A DNA stretch of 64,000 nt, taken from NCBI GenBank assembly GCA_018238545.1, contig JABCTC010000008.1, positions 14,264 through 78,263 of the forward strand, given 5' to 3'. Both the position numbers and the translations under genes were made by a program. Below are positions 9,986-19,333 of this stretch, piece by piece. This stretch comes from Candidatus Heimdallarchaeota archaeon (lineage in GTDB: Archaea; Asgardarchaeota; Heimdallarchaeia; Heimdallarchaeales; Heimdallarchaeaceae). Under the pieces are notes generated by a model, which was not told where the DNA came from, did not search any database, and saw only the letters and a list, made by a program, of their open reading frames with translations. The stretch's first letter is position 1. The number at the start of each line of letters is the position of its first letter.

Positions 9986-11104
9986 TTACCTACAGGTAGC
10001 TTGGATTTCTTTACCTGACAATGTTTTGAGCTTAGACATTGAATTTGTTGTTAAACAAGCGTGTACTGGAATAATAAAAATGATATCTCCAATATTTATC
10101 TTCTGAAAGAAATTATTGTTATTTGTTTTTATGGTTCCATGTTCTTGACTGATAGCAGAAACATATGTATCTTTTACTTTTGAAAATTCATTCTCCAATG
10201 ATTGAGAGATGTAACCGTATATTGTTCTCCCATCTTTATCCACTATAAAATCCTTTGAGAGGTGTATGGCTCCTCCATCGACCAAGATTTCTTTACGTTC
10301 ATCATATTTTGCTATGACTGGACAAGCTAATCTGATTGCTATTTCTTCTTCTGTGCACGAACCAATTTGCACTTGTTTTAGGTCATAAAAAACAAAATTT
10401 CCTGGTCTAATTTCATCAACAAGAGAGAAATCATCTGCAACACTAGAAGTGGGAGTATCTCCAACTGAAATTTGTAGATTATTATATCCTTCTAGTTTAA
10501 ATTCTTCCTGTAATTGAACCATCTTATTTATGGTATCCCCATGAACAGCTATAATTTCTGCTCTATTTCTTGCTTTGTAAGAATGTCCTGCATGAGTTAA
10601 AATGCCAGTTAAGTGCATATTTATTGCATTGTGAATGTGTGTTGCTATCTGGATTACTTTATAGGTTTCATTCCATTCTATTCCATCTCTATGGTACCCT
10701 GTATCGATATTAATCCAAACTTTTACAGAGTGTTTGAGTTTTTCTTCGAGAGATCTAACAGTTTCAACTGATTCTACCAATAGATTTAGTTGAATCTTCT
10801 TTGCCAATTCATTTATTTTGTCTATTTCTAGAAGATTGACAGGAAAAGCTATTGTGATATCAGTCCATCCAGCTTTAGCAAAACATTCGGCCATACGCAC
10901 TGATGAAACAGTAATGCAGTTAACACCTAAAACTCTCAGCCATTCACCTATTTCTGCTGATTGATGTGTTTTAAAATGAGGACGAAATCTTATTCCATTT
11001 TTTTCTGCCTTGTTTTTGATTTTGTTAATATTTTTGAGAACTATATTTTTACTTACTATAAGTGTAGGTTCAATTATATTCATTTGACTCACCGAACCAT
11101 TCAT
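9986..11104 (-). CDS. Alanine-racemase-fold PLP enzyme (D-serine dehydratase or D-threonine aldolase DSD1 family)
   Basis: PHFKTHQS PLP-lysine motif typical of the alanine racemase N-terminal domain, plus a DSD1-like C-terminal domain. Confidence 0.55.
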   Translation of the reverse strand: MNGSVSQMNIIEPTLIVSKNIVLKNINKIKNKAEKNGIRFRPHFKTHQSAEIGEWLRVLGVNCITVSSVRMAECFAKAGWTDITIAFPVNLLEIDKINELAKKIQLNLLVESVETVRSLEEKLKHSVKVWINIDTGYHRDGIEWNETYKVIQIATHIHNAINMHLTGILTHAGHSYKARNRAEIIAVHGDTINKMVQLQEEFKLEGYNNLQISVGDTPTSSVADDFSLVDEIRPGNFVFYDLKQVQIGSCTEEEIAIRLACPVIAKYDERKEILVDGGAIHLSKDFIVDKDGRTIYGYISQSLENEFSKVKDTYVSAISQEHGTIKTNNNNFFQKINIGDIIFIIPVHACLTTNSMSKLKTLSGKEIQATCR

Positions 11105-11110
11105 GATGCA

Positions 11111-11887
11111 TTATAGTTCTACAACTCTTTTTGGTACTTGAGCTCCTATTTTTGCTCTCCCTAGATATTTACCTAATTCAGGTATTAATCCATCAGCTCT
11201 AGTCCCTTTTTTACAAACTAGTCTATATTCTAACAACCCCATCCTTTCAAATTCGTCTATATCCTCCATATGTTTACTCTGGATAAGAGCTTGTTTGATT
11301 GATCTTCTTGTTGTTCCACATATAATTAGAGCTTCTTTGTTTGCTTTATATGGCTCCAAAAACCACCTTAACGATTCATCCTCAATCTTTACCCATAATT
11401 TTGATCCAAGCACTTTTTTATCAATGATTTCGAACCTTAGAGGTAAGTTTTCAACAATTCCAAAAGCTCTAATTGTGTTAACGAGAGATGACTTCTTTCC
11501 TCCAGCTAATTGATTTCTCATTTCAAATAAGGGGTATAATGCATCAATTTTTTGTGTTGAAGTTACAATCCCAGCGTCAACAAATAGACCAAACTTCACA
11601 TTCCCTACATCTCTGAAACGTCCATAGATAATATCTCCAATCTGAAGTTCTCCAATACTTCTTTCAGTCGAACCATATTTTTCAATTATGAAATTCTTTG
11701 CAATATTCTCATCTTCCCCCTCTAGAGTTATTTCTGCATATCGATCTTTTGTAAAAGTTACTTCCACTATTTTTACATCTAGATCTTTTAATTCTTCATT
11801 TAGGATGTAAGTTAGAGCTTTGGCTGAGCTATGTTTTGCTACGTTGTATGTTTTCTCTAAAACTGTTATTTTCAACATGATTTTCAC
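11111..11887 (-). CDS. Conserved archaeal protein with an S1-like OB-fold segment
   Basis: IGDIIYGRFRDVGNVKFGLFVDAG resembles S1/OB RNA-binding motifs. 4-nt overlap with trm56. Confidence 0.35.
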   Translation of the reverse strand: MKIMLKITVLEKTYNVAKHSSAKALTYILNEELKDLDVKIVEVTFTKDRYAEITLEGEDENIAKNFIIEKYGSTERSIGELQIGDIIYGRFRDVGNVKFGLFVDAGIVTSTQKIDALYPLFEMRNQLAGGKKSSLVNTIRAFGIVENLPLRFEIIDKKVLGSKLWVKIEDESLRWFLEPYKANKEALIICGTTRRSIKQALIQSKHMEDIDEFERMGLLEYRLVCKKGTRADGLIPELGKYLGRAKIGAQVPKRVVEL

Positions 11888-12447
11888 TCTTTATTCTTTT
11901 GTTTTGTACTTTTTCCCTTTTCCATTGGAATAATCTCAACATTTGCATTCAAGTGTTTCTCTTTTCTAGCTTTACCAGCCGTTATTCGATCTAAGAAAAC
12001 AGCTAATGCTGCTACTTCACTATGTGGTTGGTGACCAATAGCTATATTGTAGTCTACTAACTGGTATACGGCACTTGGAACTTTAGTTCCACCTACAATA
12101 ACTAAGAGATTTTCGTTTAATTTTTGTTTCAGCTCAACTATTTTGTCTTCGAGTTCAATACCAAACATAGTTAGATGAACAATAGTGCCTCCTTCTTGTT
12201 TCCATTTCTTTATGCAAGATATCTCATTTTCTACATGATTTATGTGGAAATTACCTCCCCATTCTTCTGTTATTCTATCGACACTTTCCTCAAGAGAACC
12301 ATCATGGTTACCCGTATAGATTAACTGTTTTGCGCCAAATGCTCTAGCAGTTAATGCAATGTGAGTAGACATACGTTTGTCACGCGCAAGTCTATGGAAC
12401 AATCTGAGAATAACTAAGGTCATGTGTTCTATTCGAAAAAAGAACAC
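11884..12447 (-). CDS. trm56: tRNA (cytidine56-2'-O)-methyltransferase, SPOUT family
   Basis: MTLVILRLFHRLARDKRMSTHIALTARAFGA matches the aTrm56 N-terminus. About 180 aa. Confidence 0.7.
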   Translation of the reverse strand: MFFFRIEHMTLVILRLFHRLARDKRMSTHIALTARAFGAKQLIYTGNHDGSLEESVDRITEEWGGNFHINHVENEISCIKKWKQEGGTIVHLTMFGIELEDKIVELKQKLNENLLVIVGGTKVPSAVYQLVDYNIAIGHQPHSEVAALAVFLDRITAGKARKEKHLNANVEIIPMEKGKSTKQKNKE

Positions 12448-12616
12448 TTAAGGTTGATGATTTTGTTGTGAATCTCTTTTTTGTCGATTTTATTTCTTAA
12501 CCTAAGCAAATTAATATCTCTCCATTTTGCGGTATTTGGCTATCTAACGCGCGAGTATACCATATAAACGCTTTTATATATTCTTTGAGATTAGAAAATA
12601 TTGAGAAAAATAAAGG

Positions 12617-13819
12617 GTGTTGAAACTGTCAAAAGAGAGGTCTGAACCTGATCAAAACGACCCAGCTTACTTAATTTCTTATGCTAATCATCTTGAGAGA
12701 CAAGCGCGTCAACTAGAGACTGAAAAGCAGATGGTGGAGAGTGAAAGACTACGTCTTCAGAGAGAGGTCAACAATTTAAAAGTTGAACTCGAAAGACTAA
12801 GATCTCCCCCCTTGTTTATGGGTTACATAGTTGAAGTCCTTGACAATAAGACAGCTGTTGTTCGAAGTACTACTGGTCCTAATCTAGTTGTTACCATATC
12901 ACGTCATGTTGAAATCAAAGATTTGAAACCTGATACAAGAGTTGCTCTCAATCAAAGAACATTTGCTATAGTAAATGCTTTACCTCCGACTCAAGATCCT
13001 ATGGTTCAGAAGATGGAATTGATTGAGCGACCAACTGAAACGTTTAAAGATATAGGTGGTCTCGCCCCACAAATTCAAGAATTGAAGGAAACAGTTGAAC
13101 TGCCTTTATTGAAACCAGAGTTATTTGAAAAGATAGGTATCGATCCCCCTAAAGGTGTACTTTTGCAAGGTTTACCCGGAACAGGTAAAACTTTACTTGC
13201 TAAAGCGGTTGCTAATGAAACCCAAGCAGTTTTCATCAGATTAATAGGTAGCGAGCTAGTTCAGAAATTTATCGGAGAAGGAGCAAGACTTGTAAGAGAA
13301 ATTTTTGAGTTTGCTCGAGAAAACGCACCTAGTATTCTTTTTATTGATGAACTAGATGCTATTGGAAGTCGTAGATTAGATTTAGCTACAAGTGGTGATA
13401 GAGAAGTACAAAGAACTTTGATGCAATTGCTCTCTGAATTAGATGGTTTTAATCCAAGAGGAGATGTGAAGGTAATCGCAGCTACTAACAGGATAGATAT
13501 TTTAGATCCTGCAATGCTTCGACCAGGAAGATTCGATAGAATCATTGAAGTTCCCATACCAAATGCTGAAAGTCGACTTGCTATCTTCAAAATACACGTT
13601 GCCGAAATGAATCTAAAGGGCGATGTTGATTTTGATTACTTAATCCAAATGACTGAAGGAGTAAGTGGTGCTGCCATTAAAAACATCTGTACAGAAGCAG
13701 GTATGTTCGCAATTCGCTCGGAAAGAGATCACGTAATTAATGATGATTTCACAGATTCTATAAAGAAAATAACTGGAGAAAAAGAATCAACAGCAAAACA
13801 AACTACCGGTTTTATTTAG
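12617..13819 (+). CDS. pan: Proteasome-activating nucleotidase (AAA+ ATPase)
   Basis: N-terminal coiled coil, OB domain, Walker [16 protein letters not shown], Walker [12 protein letters not shown], about 400 aa. A TATA-like ttttatata lies upstream. Confidence 0.9.
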   Translation: MLKLSKERSEPDQNDPAYLISYANHLERQARQLETEKQMVESERLRLQREVNNLKVELERLRSPPLFMGYIVEVLDNKTAVVRSTTGPNLVVTISRHVEIKDLKPDTRVALNQRTFAIVNALPPTQDPMVQKMELIERPTETFKDIGGLAPQIQELKETVELPLLKPELFEKIGIDPPKGVLLQGLPGTGKTLLAKAVANETQAVFIRLIGSELVQKFIGEGARLVREIFEFARENAPSILFIDELDAIGSRRLDLATSGDREVQRTLMQLLSELDGFNPRGDVKVIAATNRIDILDPAMLRPGRFDRIIEVPIPNAESRLAIFKIHVAEMNLKGDVDFDYLIQMTEGVSGAAIKNICTEAGMFAIRSERDHVINDDFTDSIKKITGEKESTAKQTTGFI

Positions 13820-13836
13820 TCCCCTTTTTTCCTTTT

Positions 13837-14367
13837 TCAAATGTTTTTCATCATTATTTTTTCAACAAATTTTTTTTGTCTGAAAAACCCTCTCACAACA
13901 TAGGAATCTTCTCCAAATTTACTAATGAAATTCTTCAGTACTTCATCAAAAGTACATTCTCTGATACCACAAACTAGATTATCAGAATAAGAAACAACTA
14001 TTTCTTCAATAGTTTTTGGAATATAGTCATCTGGTGGTAATCCTAGTTTTGTTGCCTCAGTTTCAGTTATTCCAGTTCCTATGTGTTTCTTAACAATCAA
14101 TATAAGTCGTTGGTCAAGTTTTTCACTTTCTAGTATTTTTACACCTTCAATTGCATGAAAAATTGAGTGATCCTTTGAACGTCCAATATCGTGTAACATA
14201 GCAGCAGCAATTACCAGTTCTGTATTTATCTCATCAATTTGCGCACAAAATCTTTCTGCTATTTTTGTAACAATAAGACAATGATCAATGACTTGAGATG
14301 GTATATTATGCTTTTTAAGAATTATTAAGCATTTTTCTTTTGTAGGTATTTTGTGCGTTTTCATCAT
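13837..14367 (-). CDS. HD-domain phosphohydrolase
   Basis: H...HD motif (AAMLHDIGR). 176 aa. Confidence 0.65.
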   Translation of the reverse strand: MMKTHKIPTKEKCLIILKKHNIPSQVIDHCLIVTKIAERFCAQIDEINTELVIAAAMLHDIGRSKDHSIFHAIEGVKILESEKLDQRLILIVKKHIGTGITETEATKLGLPPDDYIPKTIEEIVVSYSDNLVCGIRECTFDEVLKNFISKFGEDSYVVRGFFRQKKFVEKIMMKNI

Positions 14368-14474
14368 TCAATACTCATTTGGGTCACACTTTATTATCTT
14401 TTACTTAAGAATTATCAAAAAACACTGAAACAAAAGTTTTTTAAGAAAAATTAAGAGAGACATCTCGACGGAAA

Positions 14475-14687
14475 ATGCCAAGTGAAATAACTAAAGAGAA
14501 ACTTGAAGAGATTGTTCAATTAACCATTGATCAGGGTGGAGAGCTCCGAACAAAGAGAAGCAAGGATAAAATTAAGCTCAAATTTAGAACAAAAAAACGA
14601 CTTTATACTATTAAACTACCCCTAAAAGAAGCTGAGGCTTTAATTGCTGAGTTATCATCCAAACTAACTGTTGTGTCTTTTTCATAA
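14475..14687 (+). CDS. rpl38e: Ribosomal protein eL38
   Basis: 70 aa. IKLKFRTKKRLYTIKLPLKEAEALIAEL aligns with eukaryotic L38 [29 protein letters not shown]. Confidence 0.7.
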   Translation: MPSEITKEKLEEIVQLTIDQGGELRTKRSKDKIKLKFRTKKRLYTIKLPLKEAEALIAELSSKLTVVSFS

Positions 14688-14706
14688 AAGTAAAAGATAA
14701 AGAAAC

Positions 14707-15231
14707 TCATTCTTCATCTTGCTTCTTTTTAAGTACAACAATATCACCCAGGGTTTGAAAAGCCGACCCTTTTTTCTGATCTTTTGGACTATAGGATGCA
14801 ACACTTTCTGTAATTTTAATGTTGAAAAATTTCTCTAATTTCGCAATTATCACATCTGGAGGTCTCATTTTCCCTGTTTCAATGCTTTGCAACTCTTGGA
14901 TAGAAATCTTGGTTTGAATAGACACATCTTTCTGTGTCATTCCCTTCTTCTGTCTGGCTAACCTTATACGTTCATCGTAATCTGGAGCGAGTTCTTTAGA
15001 ATCGACTTCTGGACGACCTCTATATGGTCTTGAAGGTTGTCTGACTGAGATATTACTTTGCAAAGATGAGGTTGTTTTTGTCCCTCTGAAACCTGTTTTC
15101 TTTGGTTTAGGTTTTGTGACTAGTTTTCCGTGCTTGGCACAAGAAGGACAAACCAATAGAACAGCACCTTCTATTTCAATGGTTATGGGTTTTGAAAAAA
15201 TCTCATTACCGCACATTTCACATGTTACCAA
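14707..15231 (-). CDS. mbf1: Multiprotein bridging factor 1 (N-terminal zinc ribbon plus C-terminal HTH-XRE)
   Basis: CEMCG...CPSC zinc ribbon. C-terminal HTH (MTQKDVSIQTKISIQELQSIETGKMRP). Confidence 0.8.
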   Translation of the reverse strand: MVTCEMCGNEIFSKPITIEIEGAVLLVCPSCAKHGKLVTKPKPKKTGFRGTKTTSSLQSNISVRQPSRPYRGRPEVDSKELAPDYDERIRLARQKKGMTQKDVSIQTKISIQELQSIETGKMRPPDVIIAKLEKFFNIKITESVASYSPKDQKKGSAFQTLGDIVVLKKKQDEE

Positions 15232-15363
15232 ATATGTTCACCACTTTATTCGGGTTTTGTTTTATAAAACAAGTTAAATTCAAAAACATTTTTCTATTAG
15301 CGTAAAAAGAAAACAATATTAACTTCAAATATTGTTTTTTAAATAACGTATAGGTGAATTATC

Positions 15364-15708
15364 ATGGACTTCTGCCCAAATTGTGGTAAAATATTACATA
15401 CTGAGAAGGATAAGAAAAATAAAACAATCTTAATTTGCTTAAGATGTGGTTTTAAGCGCAATTTAGAAATAGATGAACAAGTAACATTTACTGAAGAAGT
15501 AGAACATAATTTAATAAGAGAAATGACCACCGTTATGAATGAAAGTGAAGTTGATTCCACTAAACCCATAAAAGAAATGTATTGTCCTAAATGTGAAACA
15601 AAACAGAATGTGAGTTTTTGGCAGATACAAACAAGGAGTGCTGATGAATCCCCAACTAGATTTTTCAGATGCATTACATGTGGAGAAACTTGGCGAGAAT
15701 ACGATTAA
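15364..15708 (+). CDS. tfs: Transcription factor S / RNA polymerase subunit M (TFIIS-type zinc ribbon)
   Basis: Two zinc ribbons (CPNCG..C.RCG and CPKCE...CITCG) and the RSADE motif. Confidence 0.85.
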   Translation: MDFCPNCGKILHTEKDKKNKTILICLRCGFKRNLEIDEQVTFTEEVEHNLIREMTTVMNESEVDSTKPIKEMYCPKCETKQNVSFWQIQTRSADESPTRFFRCITCGETWREYD

Positions 15709-15722
15709 AGGAAGGCGTAAAT

Positions 15723-16085
15723 ATGAGTAACAATGATTCCAGTTTCCAAGATTTCCCCTCTGAAAGAAAATATATACGGAAAAAACCATATTGTGAAATT
15801 AATCTTTCTGAATTATCTAAACCTGGAAAGTATCGAATTGTAGGCACAGTTACTAATGTAACAAATGATACTTTCACCATTAATGATGGCTCTGATCAGA
15901 TAGAGGCCATTTTTACTGTTCCGCAAAATTTAGAAGTTAAAGAAGGAATTCTGTTACGTTTATTTGGTTTCATGGAACTTGAACCAAAAAAACAAATAAA
16001 AGTGTCCATTGCCCAAGAACTGGGTGATATAGATGTGGACACTTACAGCCAAATAAAAGAATTAGAACAATCACTAACTAAGTAG
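15723..16085 (+). CDS. OB-fold-like hypothetical protein
   Basis: The ATG at 15723 lies just after the tfs stop. KYRIVGTVTNVTNDTFTINDGSDQIEAIF is OB-like. Weak. Confidence 0.3.
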   Translation: MSNNDSSFQDFPSERKYIRKKPYCEINLSELSKPGKYRIVGTVTNVTNDTFTINDGSDQIEAIFTVPQNLEVKEGILLRLFGFMELEPKKQIKVSIAQELGDIDVDTYSQIKELEQSLTK

Positions 16086-16148
16086 GATTTAGAAACCGCA
16101 TTGGGCGATTGTTTTATATATTAAAATACTAAATGACTAAAAGAGGGT

Positions 16149-16172
16149 ATTTCGTGACTACCACCACGAAAT
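16149..16172. other. Perfect hairpin (8-bp stem ATTTCGTG/CACGAAAT, 8-nt loop) in the tfs/OB-gene to PCNA intergenic region
   Basis: Read directly from the sequence. It sits 34 nt upstream of the PCNA start. Confidence 0.5.
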
Positions 16173-16205
16173 TGCTCATTATTAAAACATAAACGGGGTA
16201 GAATA

Positions 16206-16991
16206 ATGACCTTTGAAATGATATTAGAAGACGCAAAATTAATGGCAAATATCTGTTCTATCATAAGTTCAATAGTTGCTGAGAGCAGTGTTAACATTGC
16301 AGAAGATGGTATTCGAATTAAAGCATTTGACGCAACTCGTATTTCAATGATTGATTTTTTCCTTAAAAAGGAAGCCTTCAAAAAATATGATGTCAAAGAA
16401 ACTGCTATTTTAGGCTTGAGTTTAGAAACTCTCAATACAATTTTAAAAACCGCTAGAGCAAATGAAAATTTGCGAATGGCCCTTGATGATAAAACCAAAA
16501 GATTCGTTATTGAGTTTATAGGTAAAAATCAACAAAGGAAATTTGCATTATCTTTAATTGATATCCCTGAAGAAGGAAACATCCCTGATTCAATTCATAT
16601 TGACTTTGATACAAACTTTGAAGTAAAGGCCTCCTTTATTCAACAGGTTCTCAAAGATGCAGAGATGGTTAGCGACTATCTGCGAATCAAGGCAAAAGAA
16701 GATGGTATTTATTTTGGAGCAGAAAGTGATACAAAAGAAATGGATACATTCATAGAACCCAAAAGTGAAGAAATGGAAACATCAGCTTTTCAAGTTGCAG
16801 GTGAATCAGAAGCTGTTTATTCATTAGACTTCCTATCAAATTTCTTAAAAGGTATAAGATCTTCAGATTATGTTAAATTATCCTACAATCAAGAACAACC
16901 AATAAGAATTGTTTATGAGCTGGAAGATAAGGGGCACTTAATTTACTTTGTAGCACCAAGAATCGAAGAAAGTGAAGAGATAGAAGACTAA
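16206..16991 (+). CDS. pcn: DNA polymerase sliding clamp PCNA
   Basis: 261 aa. N-terminal MTFEMILEDAKLMANI... and overall PCNA architecture. Archaeal PCNA length. Confidence 0.85.
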   Translation: MTFEMILEDAKLMANICSIISSIVAESSVNIAEDGIRIKAFDATRISMIDFFLKKEAFKKYDVKETAILGLSLETLNTILKTARANENLRMALDDKTKRFVIEFIGKNQQRKFALSLIDIPEEGNIPDSIHIDFDTNFEVKASFIQQVLKDAEMVSDYLRIKAKEDGIYFGAESDTKEMDTFIEPKSEEMETSAFQVAGESEAVYSLDFLSNFLKGIRSSDYVKLSYNQEQPIRIVYELEDKGHLIYFVAPRIEESEEIED

Positions 16992-17055
16992 GATTAGACT
17001 TAAAGTGAGGGAGAATAAAGCCTTTTTCCATTCTTAATAACCGTGGTGTGATAAA

Positions 17056-17628
17056 GTGTTTGAAAAAATTCAAGATAAATGGAAGGACGAACGTGGAAGT
17101 GAAAAACTAACTCCCATGGATGAGATATTTTACAGTGCTATGAGAGAACTTCTGAAGAAACATACCACAAAAACAAAAAAGGAAATCAACCCTCTCATTA
17201 AGAAGATTCTGGAAACCAGATTGGAAAGAATCAAATATATAATCGATGACTTGATGAGAATACGAACTACAAAGTTAATTACAATGGTAATGAATAGAGA
17301 AAAAGTAACCGTTAATTTAGCAAGAGAAGAACAAGATTTTTATGACAGATTTTCGCAAATCTATGAATTATACAGGAAAGAGGTATTTTCACCAAAAGAT
17401 GTAGCATATGTTGACATTAACAAATTAATTGGGAAAGAAATTGAGGAAGAAGGAGAAGAAGAAATAGATTATGTTGCTATTAGATTTATTAAGAAAACCA
17501 AAGCTCAAATCCAGGGGTTAGATGGGAAGACCTATGGACCGTTTGAACCTGAAGACGTTTGTTTAATACCTAAAGAAAACGCTATTGGTTTAGTTAGAAG
17601 AGAAATTGCTGAAAATATAGAAATGTGA
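17056..17628 (+). CDS. GINS complex subunit (Gins51/Gins15-type)
   Basis: 190 aa. Alpha-helical N-terminal and beta C-terminal domain pattern. Directly downstream of PCNA, a common archaeal arrangement. Confidence 0.5.
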   Translation: MFEKIQDKWKDERGSEKLTPMDEIFYSAMRELLKKHTTKTKKEINPLIKKILETRLERIKYIIDDLMRIRTTKLITMVMNREKVTVNLAREEQDFYDRFSQIYELYRKEVFSPKDVAYVDINKLIGKEIEEEGEEEIDYVAIRFIKKTKAQIQGLDGKTYGPFEPEDVCLIPKENAIGLVRREIAENIEM

Positions 17629-17643
17629 AAATGTGAAGTAATA

Positions 17644-17829
17644 TTAAGAAAGTACTTCTAAAACTTCCCCAAGGATTTTTGCTTTTCCACCTTTTGGTTC
17701 AGTTAGATTTGAACCGCAAACATTGCATTTTACTACTATTTTTGCTGAATCAAATACAATTTGTTCATTATTGCAACTTTCACACTTAACTTTAAGGAAT
17801 TTAGTGGTAGGTTGAGGTACTTTAGACAT
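17644..17829 (-). CDS. rps27e: Ribosomal protein eS27
   Basis: C4 zinc finger (VKCESCNNEQIVFDSAKIVVKCNVCGSNLTEPKGGKAKI). Confidence 0.85.
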   Translation of the reverse strand: MSKVPQPTTKFLKVKCESCNNEQIVFDSAKIVVKCNVCGSNLTEPKGGKAKILGEVLEVLS

Positions 17830-17906
17830 AGTTGAAGCAAATAAAGTGAATTTAAATATTTATTGATAAAAGGGTAAAACAAATAATTCGAAAAATAAAA
17901 AGAAAA

Positions 17907-17991
17907 TGGTGCGGGGAGGGAGATTCGAACTCCCGAACCACTAAGGAACAGATCTTGAGTCTGCCGCCGTTGGCCACTTGGCTATCCCCAC
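17907..17991 (-). tRNA. tRNA-Leu (anticodon CAA), class II, with encoded CCA
   Basis: Reverse complement GTGGGGA...GCAGA-CTCAAGA-TCTGT..long variable arm..GGGAG-TTCGAAT-CTCCC-TCCCCGC-A-CCA. Confidence 0.8.
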
Positions 17992-18039
17992 AAATAAACT
18001 TCTCATTAAAGTGTTATTGGAAAAGTTTTTCACACTTAT

Positions 18040-19296
18040 TTAATCTTTTCTTTTTTTAGCTATTTGTAGTAGAATTGTTATGGATACTACAAGAAAGGCA
18101 ATAACTGAGAATCGGTAATCAAATGAAACAATTTCTGTTTCAGAATCACATTTTACAAGAGTTGATTTCAGATTAGAATTTCCCCAAACATCGAATACAG
18201 ATAAAGACACATTATATTCGCTGTCTGGATTTACAGTTAATTTATATTTGAAACTCCAAGAATTTTCTCCTGTAGCCTCGTGACTACCCCACTTTTCTAA
18301 AACAGAGTTTACATAGCAATAATAATCGAAATCAGATCTATCAGAAACAACAAATATTATTTCAATTACTTCATCACTCTCTGTAAATAATATTATGTCT
18401 TGGATGTCAATTGTTGGACCCTCCAGATCTTCTTCCCATAGATAATCTTGGTTATTTAATATAAAATCAGTAGCATTCAATGTCACTTCATATGGGAGGT
18501 TATTCATTACTTTTGGATGAGGATAGTTTTCAGTTGATCCCGCTACAGAACTTGCATAATCTGCAAGTTCGGGGTAAATTTCGAATGTTTCATTATAACA
18601 TTGCCTAATATCTGGTAGTGAATATTCATACATCTCTTCTAGACTCACAACGCCATTTCCTGAAGAATCTGCATTAATATCAGCCATTGTTTTAGCCCAA
18701 AAGTGGGATGAAATGCCACCAATAAATTCTGGTTCACTTAACATCCACGTATCATTATCTTCAGAGGTATATAACAAAGCAAATTCATTTTTAGCTACAC
18801 TACTCATTGCGAAACTACGATGAAAGAATAATTCAACGAATTCACCGCTATAACATGTTTCCATTAAGAAAATTTTATTATCCGTACCAATTCGATTGAA
18901 TAACAATTGAAACCAACTATTAAAATCTAAAACATCACGACAGTAAGTATGACCATGAGCTGAAAGATAAATAAAGACTAAATCGTTTTCATCTACTTTC
19001 TCTTCAAGATAATTTAACTGCTCTAGGAAAATGTTTTTTGTCATATTTTCTTCACCTAGAAATATAGAAATGTTTCCCGCTGACCATCCTAAACTCAATA
19101 ATGTGTCGTGCATTTCGATAGCTGAACACATGATAGTACCATTTATTTCCTGTGGGAATTGATCAAAAAGAACAGCATAAACCTCAACAGGGTTATTAAC
19201 TTCTTCTCCTGCAACGTCATGATAATTAGGAACAGAAAGAATAAACGTTAATGTAATAATAGTAAAAATTGCAAAGTGTATGAATTTCTTCCTCAT
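18040..19296 (-). CDS. Secreted, C-terminally membrane-anchored legumain/C13-like cysteine peptidase
   Basis: Signal peptide. His-Gly then Cys dyad context (YLSAHGH ... METCYSGEF) reminiscent of legumain/GPI8 (SHG ... EACESG). Many NxS/T sequons. C-terminal TM. Confidence 0.5.
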   Translation of the reverse strand: MRKKFIHFAIFTIITLTFILSVPNYHDVAGEEVNNPVEVYAVLFDQFPQEINGTIMCSAIEMHDTLLSLGWSAGNISIFLGEENMTKNIFLEQLNYLEEKVDENDLVFIYLSAHGHTYCRDVLDFNSWFQLLFNRIGTDNKIFLMETCYSGEFVELFFHRSFAMSSVAKNEFALLYTSEDNDTWMLSEPEFIGGISSHFWAKTMADINADSSGNGVVSLEEMYEYSLPDIRQCYNETFEIYPELADYASSVAGSTENYPHPKVMNNLPYEVTLNATDFILNNQDYLWEEDLEGPTIDIQDIILFTESDEVIEIIFVVSDRSDFDYYCYVNSVLEKWGSHEATGENSWSFKYKLTVNPDSEYNVSLSVFDVWGNSNLKSTLVKCDSETEIVSFDYRFSVIAFLVVSITILLQIAKKRKD

Positions 19297-19333
19297 TATT
19301 ATATAAGGAGTTCAAACACTTATATTTCTTGAT

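Noticed and set aside
16121-16498. Minus-strand 125-aa ORF overlapping the PCNA start.
   Set aside because: It is antisense to the well-supported pcn gene and is spurious.
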